Shown piece after piece: positions 35,135 through 50,289 of a stretch of 64,000 bases of DNA. Below the pieces are notes generated by a model. It saw nothing but the letters and a program-made list of their open reading frames with translations. It was not told the DNA's origin and ran no database searches. This DNA is from Octopus sinensis. Taxonomy: Eukaryota. Position 1 is the first letter of the stretch, and each line of letters opens with the position of its first letter. Position numbers and translations under genes: made by a program. The DNA is taken from contig NC_043024.1 of NCBI RefSeq assembly GCF_006345805.1, positions 558,001 through 622,000 of the forward strand, read 5' to 3'.

Positions 35135-37814
35135 GTAGGTTGTTGTTGTTTAGAGCTTGTTCTGCCCTAATCCAACAAATATGCTACCCTGTGATCATCT
35201 TGTCCTCCTGTTCTCCAGCAATACACATTGTGGTGGACAAGCATGTAGCATAGCTGCATGGTTGAGTATTTTGCTTCACAACCATGAGGTCCATGGTTCA
35301 CATCCATTGCATGACATCTTGTGCAAATGTCTTTTACCATAGCATTTTACCTAAGCCTTGTGAAGGAAATAGGTATGTCTTGAGCCATAAGACTTGTCGG
35401 GCTGATTATCCAGATTCTATAATATATAAAGTGAAGCTGCATGGCTCAGTGGTTAAAATGTCGGTCCCATAATCATGAGGTAGGAGTTTGATTCACAGAC
35501 GAGGCTGTGTGTTGTGTTCTTGAGCAAGACACTTTATTTCATATTGCTCCAGTTGACTCAGCTGTAGAAATGAGTTGTAACATCACTGGTACCAAGCTGT
35601 ATCTGCCTTTGCCTTTCCCTTGGGTAACATCGGTGGCATGGCAGGGGAAGACTGGTATGCCTGGGCAACTGCTGACCTTCCACAAGCAACCTTGCTTGGA
35701 CTTGTCCTTGGAGGGAAACTTTATAGATGCAATCCCATGGTCATTCATAACTGAAGGGAGTCTTTACACTTTGCCCTATATATATATATGAAGGCACATA
35801 GCTCAGTGGTTAAAGCATCGGGCTCACAATCATGACATAGTGAGTTTGATTCCCAGACCAGGCTGTATGTTGTGTTCTTGAGCAAGACACTTTATTTCAA
35901 GTTGCTCCACTAACTTTCTAGGGCGTCTTTACCCTTTCTCCTTTATAGTATATAAATGACAGAGATCACATTTACTCTAAATAGGAAATCTGCTTGTATG
36001 CACACAGACACACATGCAACATACACACACACTGCTGTATAATTAAGACGTTGTCTTCTACTGTAAACCTTTAGCATTTAAACTGGCCATATCTGGCCCA
36101 AATATTCTACCTGTTTTATCTTCAAACTGGCCAGATCCAGCCTCTCACACATACCTGCCATGTCATTATAAAAATACATAATTATAACTTTGAAATCTTA
36201 AGGCTATGAGATAATATGGGATTAACTTTGACCCTTTAGCATTTAAACCAGCCATAGCCAGCCAAAATATTCTATTTTATGTTCACGCGGTCCAGATCTG
36301 TCCTCTCACACCAACCCTACAATATCATTCTAAATATTAATAATTACCTTATCAAAGTATTGAAGAATGACCTCTGGAGGCTGGACCTTTCAGGCAAGGT
36401 GACAAAGGAGCGAGATACCTGGCACCTGGCTGTACTCAAGAAGATCTGTACCCCACAGCAGAAGTGTTAAGACTGATCCTTCTGGCTATGTAAAAGCACC
36501 CATGTGGCGATGCATAAAAGCGCCTGTGTGGTATTGTGTCAAAGCACCCATGTGGCAATGTGTAAAAGTGTCTGTGCAGTTATATGTAAAAGTTCCAGTG
36601 TGGTGCCAGGTAAAAGCATCCTGCACAATCCGTAGAGTGGTTGGCATTGAGAACATCTAGCTGTAGGGACCATGCCAGACTGAAGTGTGGTGCAGTTGCC
36701 CAGTTTGCCAGCTCTGGTCACACTGTCCAACCCATGCTAGCATGGACAATGGATGTTAAAAGATGATGATGATGAAAATCAAGCTACAAAATGATGCAGG
36801 ATTAATTGAAAACAATGTGAATAAATAAGCATCAGTTTTGACAGAGTAATGTGAATAAATAAACGTTGCATTTGACAGGGTTATCTGAATGCTCGAGGGC
36901 TAGACCCAAGCTGACCAAATTTGGGAGGTGGAGACTGAAAAGAAGCCCTTTATGTGTGTGTGCCTTGTTTTGGCAACATGCTCTTGTTATAAACAAACGT
37001 CACCATCATACAGTGTTGTTTCCAGTCTTCTTTGGAAGCAGGTGATTCGTTGGTAATGGAGAGAACATCCAGCGGCAGAAGTTAAAACAATGATTATGTG
37101 TGTACATGCATGCGAATGTTCGTGTTTTCCTCTTACTGTTTAACAACTGGTGTCAGTTTGTTTACATCCCTGAAGCTTCATGATTCAGTAAAAAATGACC
37201 TATAGTATAAGTATCAGATTTCAAATAAGCATTGGGGTTGATTCAATTATGTTGACTCTTCAAGGCAGTGCTCCAGCATGGCTCGAGCCCAATGACTAAT
37301 ACAAGTCATTTTCCATGATTGCATGCGTCAGATAGGATTTACTGAGGTGGATTATCTATTTTCTCTAGCTAGATGCTTTTCCTACCACCAACGATTACCA
37401 GTTTCCAAGCAAGGGAATATTTCTCCATAGCTAGACAGGTTTTCACTGAATATTGGAAACAAATGACATTCATTTAGAATAATCACTCAATGTCAATACA
37501 AGGAGCCACAAGTTGACTTGAGTGGTTCATTGTTTGAATGATTTGGTGAATAGAAGTGCTTTAATTGGAAATCTTGTACCTTAACTCTTCAACATTTAAA
37601 CTGGCCATGTCTGGACCCAATTCTTCTGTGTGTTTCATGTGTATAGCTTAGTGGTTGGGGTGTTGGATTTGTGATTCTAAGATTGTGGTTTTGATTCCTG
37701 GACCTGCTGAGGCATTATATTCTTGAACAAAACACTTCATCATTTCATGTTACTCTAGTCCACTCAGCTGGAAAAAATGAGTAATCCTTCACCAGGTCAG
37801 CATCCCATTCAGGG

Positions 37815-37869
<55 letters not shown>

Positions 37870-40800
37870 GCAGAGAAACCAGGAAACTGGCCTTATGCTT
37901 CTTAGAATAATGTAGACTAAACATTTCTGTTCAAACCTGCCAGATCTGGCCTCTCACATCTACCCTACAATGTTATTCTAAAAATAAACAATCACATTGA
38001 AATCTTGAAGCTACCAGATGATGCCTGATTGATTTAAAACAATGAATAAATAAGCTTTACATTTGACAGAGTAATCTGAATGCTGAAGGGTTAGATATCT
38101 TCCTTGGGTGTAATAGTTGGCAACAAAAGAGCATCATCATCATTTAACATCTGCTTTCCATGCTGGCATGGGTTGGATGGTTTGACAAGAGCTAGTAGGC
38201 AGAACACTGCTCCATGCTTCACTGTCTGTTTTGGCATGGTTTTTATGGCAGGATGCCCTTCCGAACACCAACCACCGAGCAGAGTGGACTGAATGCTTTT
38301 TACATGGCACTGGCACAGTCAGTTTTGGCCTGGTCTTTTACAGTTGGATGCCTTTACAATGTGGACTGGGTGCTTTTTACATGGTGCCAGCACTGGCAGG
38401 GTCACCAAGTAACTTGCAAGACAAAGATCCTTTGAGAGGAATTGTGGCATTGGCGATTGTTTTGTTCTGGATGATGAAAGGTTAGAGTGTGACAGAGAGA
38501 CAGAAACAGGTGTCTTGCTGTAGAGGAAGTACAAGGTTACATGGCTCGAGAGAGAGAGAGAGAGAGGGGAGTGATCAAGATTGAGGCCAAGTAACAAATG
38601 TGTTAGTGTAGAGGAGATACATAGTTAACCAGTCGGAGAGCAAGAGGAAGAGAGAGAGAGAGAGATGGTGGCGAAGTGCCAGGACATGCTCACAAGGAAC
38701 AGGGATCAGAATTTAAATGGGAGGATAGAGAAGAGCCAGGGAGAGATAAGTAGTGGCAAAGTGGAAGGGCATGGGGTCCAAATATAAATGGTAGGGTATT
38801 GTCAAGGTGCGTGAGTAGGGAGTAGAGACTTCACATGACTGCAAGTAGTGTGGAGTGGGGTATGCATTGACTGGTAAAACCTAGGCATAAAGAGGAGGGT
38901 GTGGGGGAGGACAAGATAGCAATGATACAGTGAGGACAGGAGTGTGGAGCAAGAAATAAAACATGAAAAGAGGAAATATGAGGAAGAGGAGAGAGATGTA
39001 GTTTGGTTTGTTGGGGTTTGGGAAAAGTTTTATTGTTGTTACATGTGGGTGGAACTCACAGTGCTTCTACAACTCAGTTTCACTAAAGTGAAGCATCTAT
39101 GCATAAAAAACAATCTCAGTCGGTCTTGTTTAACTCTTGCTAACCTGGAAAGAACAGACATTTATATGCCACAGCCACATACCTTATCTTTGGGACACTT
39201 ATTCCATCTGACATGTGGCAGAAAATTTGAAACCAGTGTCATATATCACGTTATAAGAAAGCGGTAAGCTGGCAGAATCATTAGCACACTGGACAAAATG
39301 CTAAGTGGCATGTCACCTGTCTTTATGTTATGAGTTCAAATTCCGCCGAGGTTGACTTTGCTGTTTATCCTTTCAGGGGTCAATAAAATAAGTACCAGTT
39401 GATTACTGAGGTCCAATGTAATCAACTTACTTCCTCGTCTGAATTTGCCATCCTCGTACCGAAATTCGGAACCATTATTATTATTGTTAAAATTTCTAAA
39501 ACTTGAAGAATTTGGGAAGGGGTTTCTATTAAAATAAGAAACATTTATATTTATTTGTTGTTGTTTATCCCCAGGTCAAGTCTGAACGAGCAAAGCTAAC
39601 ATCAAAGACACATCAACGATGAATGTTCCTCTTTTTTTCTTGACTATTCAATGTATCGCTCCGTTCTTAAGACTTTAGAGCGTGATTTGAGGGAGATTTT
39701 GCTGCTGTGTCTAGCAAGTTGAACAAAGACCTAGAAGCGTTCTTATTGGCTCCTAAGTTGAGCTAGTTTCTGGAACACAAGTAAATGGTTTTTATGTAAT
39801 AAAACTATAACTTTTGTTTCCATAAATCTTTCCATGTTGTTTATTACAGTTAGACTTCATTTAACTTCTTTATTTCAACTCTGAACACTTCAAATATTTT
39901 AACAAGACAAGGACGTACTGCATCTGTGACCCCTTTTACAAGACCCTGAAAACTGATGGAAGGAAGTTGTGCTCAGACCAGTGATCTTGTCCAAATACTT
40001 ACAACAAAGTGGACTCCTCTAAGGCACCTAAAGGCCAGGTGCTGGTGCTTGACCAAGCAGGCTTTCTACCACCCAAGAAGAGGGATGATCCTTCCGACTG
40101 GCTTCCTCATAGTTTCCAAATACCAAAGCTAATATACTAAACATCTACCTAGGCTGCTTTACAGTGGGTTTGATCCTGAACCATGCAGTTGTGAAACAAA
40201 CTTCTTGACCACACAGCTTTGTCTGGGGTTACTACTGAAAGGGTCAATTTAGCCCTGCTTGTTGTCCATTGTGCAAATGGACCAATTTTGTGTTCCTTCC
40301 ATCTTTAGTCTAACTTAATCATCTGTTAATCACAAGTCTCTGTTTCACTGGTTTAAGCCCTAATTTCTCTACTATTGAATGGAACAAGTGTTCTCCTGTC
40401 TAAATTATTACATGACAAATCAATGTAATTAACATATTATTAGCAATTTCCTAACTAATTCATACTATTATAAAAGATTTGCTCATCATCATCCTCTTTT
40501 CTCAACATCATCATCCTCTGCTACCTCGTTATACAGAGAGCACTAAATTACTCTGTTCCTTGCTCTCTCTCTCACACACCTCATTATATATTACTGTTAC
40601 TACTCTGCCTCACTTCTCTGTCCCTCCCTCTCTCTCTCTTTCTTTCCCACCTCACTGATTCCTCTGCCCCCCCCCTCTCTCTTTCTCTTCCACTTCATTA
40701 TATATTAATGTATCCCCCCCCCTCTTTCTCTTCTACCTCATTATATATTATTTTATTACCCTGCCTCACTTATTTCTCTGCTCCCTTCTCTCTCCTTGAT

Positions 40801-42196
40801 TTCCTGGAACTCAGACCGCCTCATGGTCCCAATAGACAAAAGGCATTGCTCTTGCTAATGGCGAAGGAAATGCCCTGGAACAGCCATTCTGACTCACAGG
40901 TCTTGTACTTGCAGATAGCCATCTCCTCATCTCTACCTCGATAGCTGTGAGCAGGGATATGGTCTGGAGGTTGAGAATGCCAGAGGTCTCTTATGCCACA
41001 GGCTCATCCAGAAGCCTGTCATCATTTAATGTCCACTTTTCCATGCTTCTATGATTCAAATGAAATCTGTTGGTGCAGATTTTCTAGAGCTACCTGCCTT
41101 TCATTTTGCCAACTTTCGCCCATTCTCAGGAAAGGTAATATTTTCTCAAGTCCTTCCTACATGAGCAGCACACTGGCTGGACATGATTTCACAGAAGATT
41201 GCATATGAACATCACCATTTGTGTGGTAGTGACATTCATTTATAACTAGCAAGCAATGTAATAAAAATGAGAAACACACACACATGCATACATGTATATG
41301 ACACTTTTTCAGTTTCCGTCTACCAAATCCACTCAAGGCTTTGATTGGGCCAGTGCTGTATTAGAAGACCTTTCGCTAAGGTGCCATACAGTGGGACTGA
41401 ACCCCAAACTATATGGTGAGGATGTGAACATCTTAATCATACAACCATGCCTGCACAGATACAGGTGCTTATTGGAAAAATTAAAATCAGAACTGCAGTT
41501 GTAATCTAACAAGACATTCATCACTTTTTCATTGCTGCTGCTAGTTACTCTAGTGAACTGTATCACCCTGTGACACTTGACAGGTGGGTATTTTAGGTGA
41601 ACTGGACTTTGGCGACAGATATGACACAAATGCTTGTTAGTGGTGTGAGGAAACTAAATGTTGACTTGAATGAATAGATGTGAGTGAATGAAAATGAGTG
41701 TGTGTGAAATGTGGATATTAATGTGGTGTTAATTTGAGAGAGGAAACCGAAATGAGAATAGGTGTGTGATGTAGGAATAAGGTATGTGATGTTGATTGGA
41801 GAGAGGAGACAAGGATGAGAATGTTGTAGGTGTCAGGTGTGTTGGGTTGATTGGAGAGATGATAGACAAATAAGAATGTGTATCAGAGGTGATTGAGCAG
41901 TTCCTTAGCAAACAGGTGGTGAATTAAATACTATAGAGATCATTCTTCCTCCCAGTTGTATTTTATCTCTATTGAGCTGTAGAGGAGGTACGTGGTTGCC
42001 TCCTCTACAGCAAGACATCTGTTTCTGCCTCTCTGTCACACTCTAACCTTTCATCATCTGACACAAGATCATCTCCTCCAATGCCCCTTCCCCTCTCAAA
42101 GATTCCTTGTCTTACAAAGTTACTTTGCAGGTGCCACTTAAAAAGTAAAATAAACTGAAAGTTTAATTTACTTTATCTCAACAAAAAGCAATGCAG

Positions 42197-42920
42197 TTAA
42201 TCAAAGTATGCACCTAAATTATCAACACAATTTTGCCATTTTATCGGTAGCTTATTTATGCCGGCAGCAAAGAATTCTAAAGAGCAGGAGGTGATGATGA
42301 ATTCATAAAAGGCTGTTTTTGCTTCTTCTTCAGATCTGAAGCTTTTTCCTTGCCAAAAGTTGTCTAATGCCTGGAAAACATGATAGTCAGTTTGTGCAAG
42401 GTCTGGTGAATATGGTGGATGACAGAGGACTTCCAAGTTCAGTTCCTGTAACTTGAGTAGCATTCTTTGTGCAACATGTGGTCAAGCATTGTCTTGCAAG
42501 AGAACTGGCCTGTCTCTATTGACCAATCTTGGTCGTTTAATTGCAAGTTCACTCATCATTTTGTCCAGTTGGTTGTTGTATACATCCGCTGTAACTGACT
42601 TACCAGGTCTCATGAAGCTGTAGGGGATGACATCAGTGTTGGACCACCAAACTGACACCATTTGCTTGTTTTGGTGAATATTCTTTGTTTTGGCACTTCG
42701 TTTCTATCTAACCATTGTGCAGAATACTTGCCATTGTTGAAAAGAATCCATTTTCCATCACATGTAACAATATGATGCAAAAATGTTTCGCTTTTATGCC
42801 GAGACAGCAAAGAACAGCAAGTTTCAAGACAACATGTTCTTTGATGCTCGTTCAATTTGTGTGGTACCTGCTTGTCCAGCTTCTTTACTTTGCTGATTTG
42901 TTTGAGATGCTCAAGAGCTC
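42197..42920 (-). mobile_element. Mariner DD34D transposase pseudogene, C-terminal two thirds
   Basis: IVTCDGKWILFNN, LLQDNA*PH, HPPYSPDLAQTDYHVF (34-residue spacing), GINKLPIKWQNCVDNLGAYFD*. Confidence 0.9.
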
Positions 42921-45379
42921 AGTGTGCTGCCAGGAATCAAACTTGTGACTTTTCAATTGTGAGCTGAATGCCCTAACCACTTAGCCACTCATTTTCAGTA
43001 GTTATATAGAATTTGGTGAATAGTTGTCCTGTCTAGTCCCAAGTATTTCAAGTGTATGTCTGTAAGTCTGCCTGTCTCTGAAACCGTTGTGGTTATCAGG
43101 TGGTGTTTAAAGGGACACAACTACGCCAGCTTTAACCAACAAGAAAATCCTGTATATGGATGCACAACCTGCAAGAATTTGTAGCCGATCTCCCTTAAAT
43201 CACATCTTACTATCTAAAAAAAGAATCAACCCCAAAATCATTGATATTATAATCCTAGATACAAAGAAGGCTGTATGGCTATGACTGGAATGTCTTTTAT
43301 CGTAGATCTATTGTTTGGACTGACTTGGCACGGAACAATACCAACTTCAATCACCCAACGAAGAATACCCTACTTTGGTGTTTCTCAACTATTTTTCACC
43401 TTTGATTCCTATTTTACTAAGATGAATCCTAAAGATTTGATGTTTAAAAATCATATATTTTAATGACTAATTATTAGGAATTGTATTAAAAGAAAAATTT
43501 TGAATTGTAGAAGTGTAACCAATTTATTGCAGATAAATTTTAACAAAATCTTATATGGTCCCTAGCTGAAAACCACTGCTCTACATGGTTGCTAGCTTTG
43601 CTAGAAATAGCAGCCAAAATCTCCTTCAAATCACATCATCATTATCATCATTTAGCATCTGCTTTCCATGCTGGCATGGTTTAGACAGTTTGACTGAAAC
43701 TGGTAAGCTAGAGAGCTGCACCAAGTTCCAGTCTGGTGGCATGGTTTCTATGGCTGGATGCCCTTCCTAATGCCAACCACTGCAAGAGTATAATGAGTGC
43801 CATCAATGACTACAATTTCAGTTGGCTTGACAAATCTCAAGCACAGCATAGTGCCAAATGTCTTGGTCACTTTTTCATTACCTCCGTGACTCCCAATGTT
43901 CCTTGAAAAAAGATATATTGAATGATATTGGAATAATAGGTAGAATGGTCATGGCCGAAGGATTATATATATATATATATACACACACTATTGTGTCTGG
44001 GGAAAGTCATTTTCTTTTTGTGTCTTATTATGTAAGCATATTAGAATATGCTTCAACACACAAACTCATATAAAGAATCTTGCAAACCAAATCCCAAAAC
44101 GAAATATATATATATATATCTATATAAACCTATTGGATTAGAGTTGACCAAGTTTGATTGATGTTCTGTGGATAAACCCTTTCCTTCCTATATTTTTAAC
44201 AGAATCTGTGTTTCAATTAATTCTTGAAGAGGAATTTGGAGCTATTTGATAAAATGACCAACTTTTTCAGTATGAGGAACATAAGATTCATATATAGAAA
44301 CTAGAATGGAAGGTTCTAATTTAAATGTAAGCACTTTTATGTCAGGGGCTTTTGTTTCATAGAACCAGAAGTAGTCTTAGGCTGAACGGATTGGTTTCAT
44401 AAAGGGCTTCCAATTGAGGAGGAAGTGTAAATGACGGAAGATTTGCAAGAAAAGTTGAAATAACAACTGCTGTGGTGAGTACTGTACCAGCATCATCATC
44501 ATCATTAATTTATGATGATGTAATTGCATGTCTTTACTCCAAATTATTTCATCTCTCAGACCTGAATTATATTTAGACTCTATAAACACCAATTTCAGAA
44601 ACAAAACAAAAACAACAGGGTAACAATTAATGGTATATGAGCTGTATATCTGTATATTGCTCAGTGATAGATATGTGTGAGGGGACAGTTGTTATTTCCT
44701 GTCAATGCTTCTAGGGTCCAATATAGTCTTGATAGTTTATTCATTATCTCAGATTTATATTATTAATCCTTATCTTGAGGGATGGAACTGCTTTTAATGC
44801 AGATAATCCTCAAGATTCAGTTGTTCAACTTCAATTTCTGTTAATTTTGTGTGTGTGTGTTGTTGAGATTCAGGTTTGAATTTCATAAACTTTTCCAAAA
44901 GTTGAGAGATCACAATTCAATCAACAAGTATTGAGTGCTGCTGTATTAACCTGTTATACACATAGACGTGAATTAGTGTTTTGTGTATGCTTTCCATCAT
45001 GCCCTCCCTGTGTCCAGTGATCAGCTTGCAACGACTCTCCAGTTCCCTCTGTTTTGCTGCATACAATCAGTTAGGCTCTTCTTGTTTCCTATCCATCCTT
45101 TGATGTCTTCTGTCCACAAATGCGTTTGATGTTTTTTGCTCTTTTCTAATTGACACACTTCCTGTTAGGATGGTCTCAGGCAATGATTTATGATGCATTG
45201 TATATCTGAAATATTGTAACATTGTGGGTTGATTCTCAGCAATAGTTGTCTAGTACTGTAGCATTTGTTGCCCTTGTCTTTCCAGCTTATCCTGACCAAT
45301 TTGTCAGAGTTCCACATCTCATTGTGTTCTGTACATTGTCCAAGTTATCTGCATAGTCCAGAAAATTATGATGTTAATA

Positions 45380-45700
45380 ACAACAAGAGCACTCAGAGAG
45401 CGCAAGCGTCCACCAAGGCAACACCAGTGTCCTCTCAACGATTAGCCAGAGATGATTTTTAAAATGAGAATATCTGAAATAAACTCAACTGCTCTCACAA
45501 ACAAGAATACTAAAAATGAACCCAACCACTATCAAAAATTAAGAAAAAAATAGTAAAATAAGCCAGAATCCTTGTCTGGTACCGGATCGATCCCAAAATC
45601 TAATCAGTTTGTGCCAGTCATGAGGTCAAACATCCCTGAAAGTTTTATCCTAATCAATCTAGTGGTTCTACAGATACCTTGTCCACGGACAAATAAAAAG
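45380..45700. mobile_element. Non-autonomous DNA-transposon-like repeat
   Basis: CCGGATCGATCCCAAAATCTAATCAGTT..CATCCCTGAAAGTTT..TTGTCCACGGACA, a motif I recognise from invertebrate MITE ends; family not established. Confidence 0.4.
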
Positions 45701-46358
45701 GGAACACACGTGTGTGTGTGTATGTTTATATGTATGTATTCTGCATATTCATGTGTTTGTGTGTGTATTTGTGTGTATACCTCTGTCTCCTTGTGTGTAT
45801 ATGGTCATGTGTTTCAGTCTTCTGTATATGTATGTCTGTGCTTGTCTGTCCATATCACCTATGTACCTATCTATCTACATATCTACCTGTACCTGTCTAT
45901 CTACATATCTACCTGTTTACTTACATATCCGTTTAACTTCTTATCTGCTTATATATATGTCTACATAACAGCCTACTAACAAATCTATCTGTGTGTGTAT
46001 AAACTGTGGGTATTGGGGTATCACTGCCTTATCTGTGTGTGTGTGTATGTATATATATATATATATAGACAAGTGACCGAGACTTAGGCAATATGCTGTG
46101 CTTGAGAAGACGCAGCAAACCGAGTGAAGAGTGCAGTGTCTTTTATCTCCATGTTAACTGCAGTATATTTGCTTTTTAGCACTTAAATATGTCACAGATA
46201 TATTTTTAACTAACCTAAATTTTGATTATGCCTTAAACACTGCTTAGTGCTAACATTTTGTTAACAGGAAAATTACCATCCTTTTAATTAACTTCTTAGT
46301 GTTGGTATCTTTCTTTTTGTTCCCTTATTCTTATTGTTGTTGTTATTTTTGTCTTCAG

Positions 46359-46500
46359 CATCAATCTATTGTAGCCGGTCTTCAGAAGATTCAGTGGGCC
46401 ATGGAGTTACTCTCTATGCCACAAGGTGCTCCAAAAAGTTTAGAAGAAGCCAACAAAAAGAAATACCAGTTTTGGGAGACACAGCCTGTTCCTAAACTCT
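46359..46500 (+). CDS. NMT1: NMT coding exon 3 (...[14 protein letters not shown])
   Basis: tcttcag acceptor, 142 nt, phase 0/1, gtaagt donor. Confidence 0.95.
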
Positions 46501-48269
46501 GTAAGTTTTTTTTTTTTTTATTTAGAAAATTTGTTGTGTTGTTGTTTAGCCCCTGGCCAACACTAACTGAATAATACCTGTGATCTAAGATATTTCAATT
46601 ATAACTGTCCTGTTATTCTTTTCGACATTGTAAATGCTATCACATTCAGCTATGTGCTTATTTTATAACAGTAAGGTAGGGTTTAAGGGAAGTTCAGTAG
46701 CTGTTTCTAGCAAGTCACCTAATTGCAAATAGTGGCTGCACTATAAAATTGATGAGTGTTGTGTTAGGTTGCAGTCTTGTGCTCAGCTGGTCCTGTGACT
46801 ATAGTTTAGAGAGGATGATGATAAAGGGGAGGTTGTAGCTGACTGAATTGGTCCTTGAATGCACACACACACAACTGGCACTTCATCAATTATGATGATG
46901 AGGGTTCCAGTTGATCCAATCAATGAAACAGCCTGCTTGTGAATTCAACATACAAGTGGCTGAGCACTCCACAGACACGTGTACCCATAACATAATTCTC
47001 AAGGTGATTCAGTGCAACTCAGAATGTGACAAGCCTGGCCCTTTGAATTATGGGTACATCTTTTTGCCAGCTGAGTGGACTGCAGTAACCTGAAATAAAG
47101 TGTTTTGCTCAAGTGCACAACACACTGCCAGGAATTGAACTCACAACTTTGTTTGTATGCTGAATGCCCTAACTACTAAGTGATGTGCCTTTGTGTGTGT
47201 GTCTTTATTATCATATTATATATATATGTTTATATATATTAGATAATAAATCGTATGGTAGACACCTGGTAGTTTACTGGTAAAGTACATTCACTTGCAC
47301 CGAGTTCATTGGATTAATGAGAGATCCCTCTTGTAATCACTTGAAGAGACATATTTACTCCAATGGACACTCCTTAACCAATTGTTTAGTATCCCTCCCA
47401 TGAGGGATTGATGCTGGTTGGGTTGCAATGATCAATAAACATTTCTGTATCTTCCATCTCTCTCATTAAACATATATAATCATAAATAGCTTTCTATCTG
47501 TCTATTTATCCATCCATCTATCCATCTCCAGCTATCCATCTCCGTCTATCCCTCTCCGTCTGTCCATCATCTTCCATGCTGGTATGGGTTGGATGGTTTG
47601 ACCAGATCCAATGGCTCCAAAGACTGCATCAAGCTCCAATGTCTGCTCTGGCATAGTTTCTATGGTCAGTTGCTCTTCCTAACGCCAACCACTTTACAGC
47701 ATCAACTGGCTGCTGTTTTCATATCACATGCACTATAAAGGTCGGGAATGGAGGGGAGGTCAGTTTCATATAAGAGGACAAGATCACCGCCATGAAGTGG
47801 TGCAAAGGGGCAACAGGTTCCTGTAGATGGATCTGCATGGCTCGTCACCTTTTGTAGTGGAAAGAGACAGAAAGAGAGAAAAAAAAATTTATCTGTAGGA
47901 GTTGCAAGATGTAGATAATAGTGATGAGGTTCCTGGGTTTCCCCACAAAGCACAAGATGAGTAGAAGTGGGTGCATCAAGCTCCAATTGTCTGTTTTGAC
48001 CCTGTTTCTACAGCTCGATGCCCTTCCTAACACCAACCACTTTACAATGTGAACTGGTTACTTTTTTATTCATGCCACATATACTGTTGAGTTTACTGTG
48101 CAGTTTGCAGGACTATGGCCCTGTAGAAAGTGATCAGTTTCATAGTAAGGGAAGGAGCTCAAAATACACAGTACCTTTGTAATCCCACCAAATTGACAGC
48201 ATGACCTTTTTTCTTTTTTATGCAATTCAGCTTTTGATGTGGTTGTGCTAGTTCATTACACTTGGACCA

Positions 48270-48927
48270 CAATTGTTTTTGATCAATGTTATTGTAGACA
48301 ATCCAGTTTCTATCACCAGTGATGGTTCATTTCAAAAAATGGTCGATTTCATTGTGTTTGAGATGCAGATCGCAAGTATTGATTTGTTGTGTGAAGTGAA
48401 TCTCTTTCAATTCATGTGGAAACCAAATATTGAGCTTCTTAACCAAGTCCAAGACATTTTAAGTGATTTTCAATTGTTGTCTGTGTTACATTTAACTTCT
48501 CTTCAATGTCTCGCACAGTTATATGACAATCAGGTTCAATTTTGGCTTCGATTTGGTCATCAATTTCAGTAGGTCAACCAAGATGTTGGTCATCTTTGAA
48601 TGAAAAATCTCCAGAACATAATTTTTTAAAACCATTTCTGACATGTGCGTTCTGTTGAGCAATCAACAGCATAAACTTCGCATATCTCTTTGTGAGCCTC
48701 ACCAGCTTTCTTGCCTTTATGGAAATGAAAAAGCAAAATATGGCGAAAATGTTTGTTTTTGCATTCCATGTTAAAATTGACACTGAACTAACAGCTGTAA
48801 ACAAAATTATGTGCAATTTGCTTCTGAAGTCAGTTAAAAGTAACGGCTATCAAATGTCAAAAGGTAAAAAAAATCGTAACTCTTATGTCTTCACGAAAAA
48901 CGAAATTACTTTCTTGCCAACTCGATA
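48270..48927 (-). mobile_element. Mariner transposase pseudogene, N-terminal half with left TIR
   Basis: TIR-like TATCGAGTTGGCAAGAAAGTAATTTCG; frames give HFRHILLFYFHKG, WFKKLCSGDFSFKD, WFPHELKE, TITGD.NWIVYNN. Confidence 0.85.
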
Positions 48928-49125
48928 TATACATATGCACACACACACACACACACACACGCATAAGAAAACATTGGATTATACAGTTTTGGGTAACATT
49001 ATATATCTGAATAACAAGACAGGATAATTTTGGCTGGAATATCTGGCCCAGAGGTGTAGAACAATAATGGCCAGAAACCAAATAACAAAACTATAGACAT
49101 GTTGATTTTTGTTTTAAATTTGCAG

Positions 49126-49256
49126 CGGAGAAAATAGATGAAAATGTTAATGAATGTATTGAGACTGACAAGCTCCCTGATGACATTCGTCAAGAATCTT
49201 ACTCTCTACCAGATGGCTTTCATTGGGATACATTAGATATCAACAAACCAGATATA
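49126..49256 (+). CDS. NMT1: NMT coding exon 4 (...DIRQESYSLPDGFHWDTLDI...)
   Basis: tttgcag acceptor, 131 nt, phase 1/0, gtaagt donor. Confidence 0.92.
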
Positions 49257-50289
49257 GTAAGTAGAGCCCCTTTTTATTTGGCTCCTTCATTTTGTCTGTG
49301 TGTCTTTCCTGCTTCATTAATTCTCTGTTTGTCCATCTCCTTCCTGGTCTCTTTACTCGTATAGAATGAAGGAGGCAGCTGGTCTCTGTCCTTCTGTATG
49401 TCCTTCTTTCGCTCTATCTACATCTCTTTCCATCTATCTCCCCCCTTCATTCAGTCTGCATCTCTTCCCATCTCTCTCTCTCATTCTGTCTTTATTTCTG
49501 TCCATCTCTCTCTCTCTCCCCTTTATTCTCTCTGTTTACCTCTCTATCTCTTTCATTCTGTCTGTCTACTTGGCTGGCTCTTTCTTTCATTCTGTCTCTA
49601 ATTCTTTGTCTCATTCATTCTATGCTTAACTCTTTCATATCTCTTCCTCATCTGTCTAACCCTTTCTGTTTCCCTCTTTCTTTCTATTTGCCTCACCCAT
49701 TCTTTTAGTCTCTCTCTCTCTCTTACTGCTAAATGATAATTCATTTTAGACTTTGTATTCTGTCAAGTGTTGTATAGGGTCCATAGTCTGTTGTATTTGT
49801 CCTCATTAAGAAACAGACCTGACACAACTTTGTACAAAGTCAATGTGGGAGAGATTCGACATATTTACTTTTATTGTGGTGATTGGTTTTTTTCAGTTGT
49901 TTATTCTCTGTTCTTGGAATCGGCTGGGGTTGAACTCACAAACCTTTTATTTCACTCATAGTTTCTTAACCCTGTCATGCCGTGATCCTGGTATAGCAGG
50001 AGTAGCCAAGACATAAAAGGCAGTGAGCTGGCAGAATTGTTAGCACATCAGGCAAAATGCTTTCTGGCATTTCGTCCATATTTATGCTCTGAGTTCAAAT
50101 TCTGCATAGGTCAACTTTGCCTTTCATCCTTTCGGGGTCAATAAATTAAGTGATTGACTAGTCTGCTCCCCCAAAATTTCAGGCCTTATGCCTTTAGTGA
50201 AAAGGATTATTATAAGGCAGTGAAACACTGGGGTTGGTGTAATCAACTTAACCCCCTCCCTTGTGCCAAAATTTGAAATTATTATTGAG

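Noticed and set aside
35135-46358. Additional phase 0/0 NMT exons or a nested gene in intron 2
   Set aside because: No ORF with convincing splice sites or recognisable homology; content is explained by SINEs, MITEs and a mariner relic.
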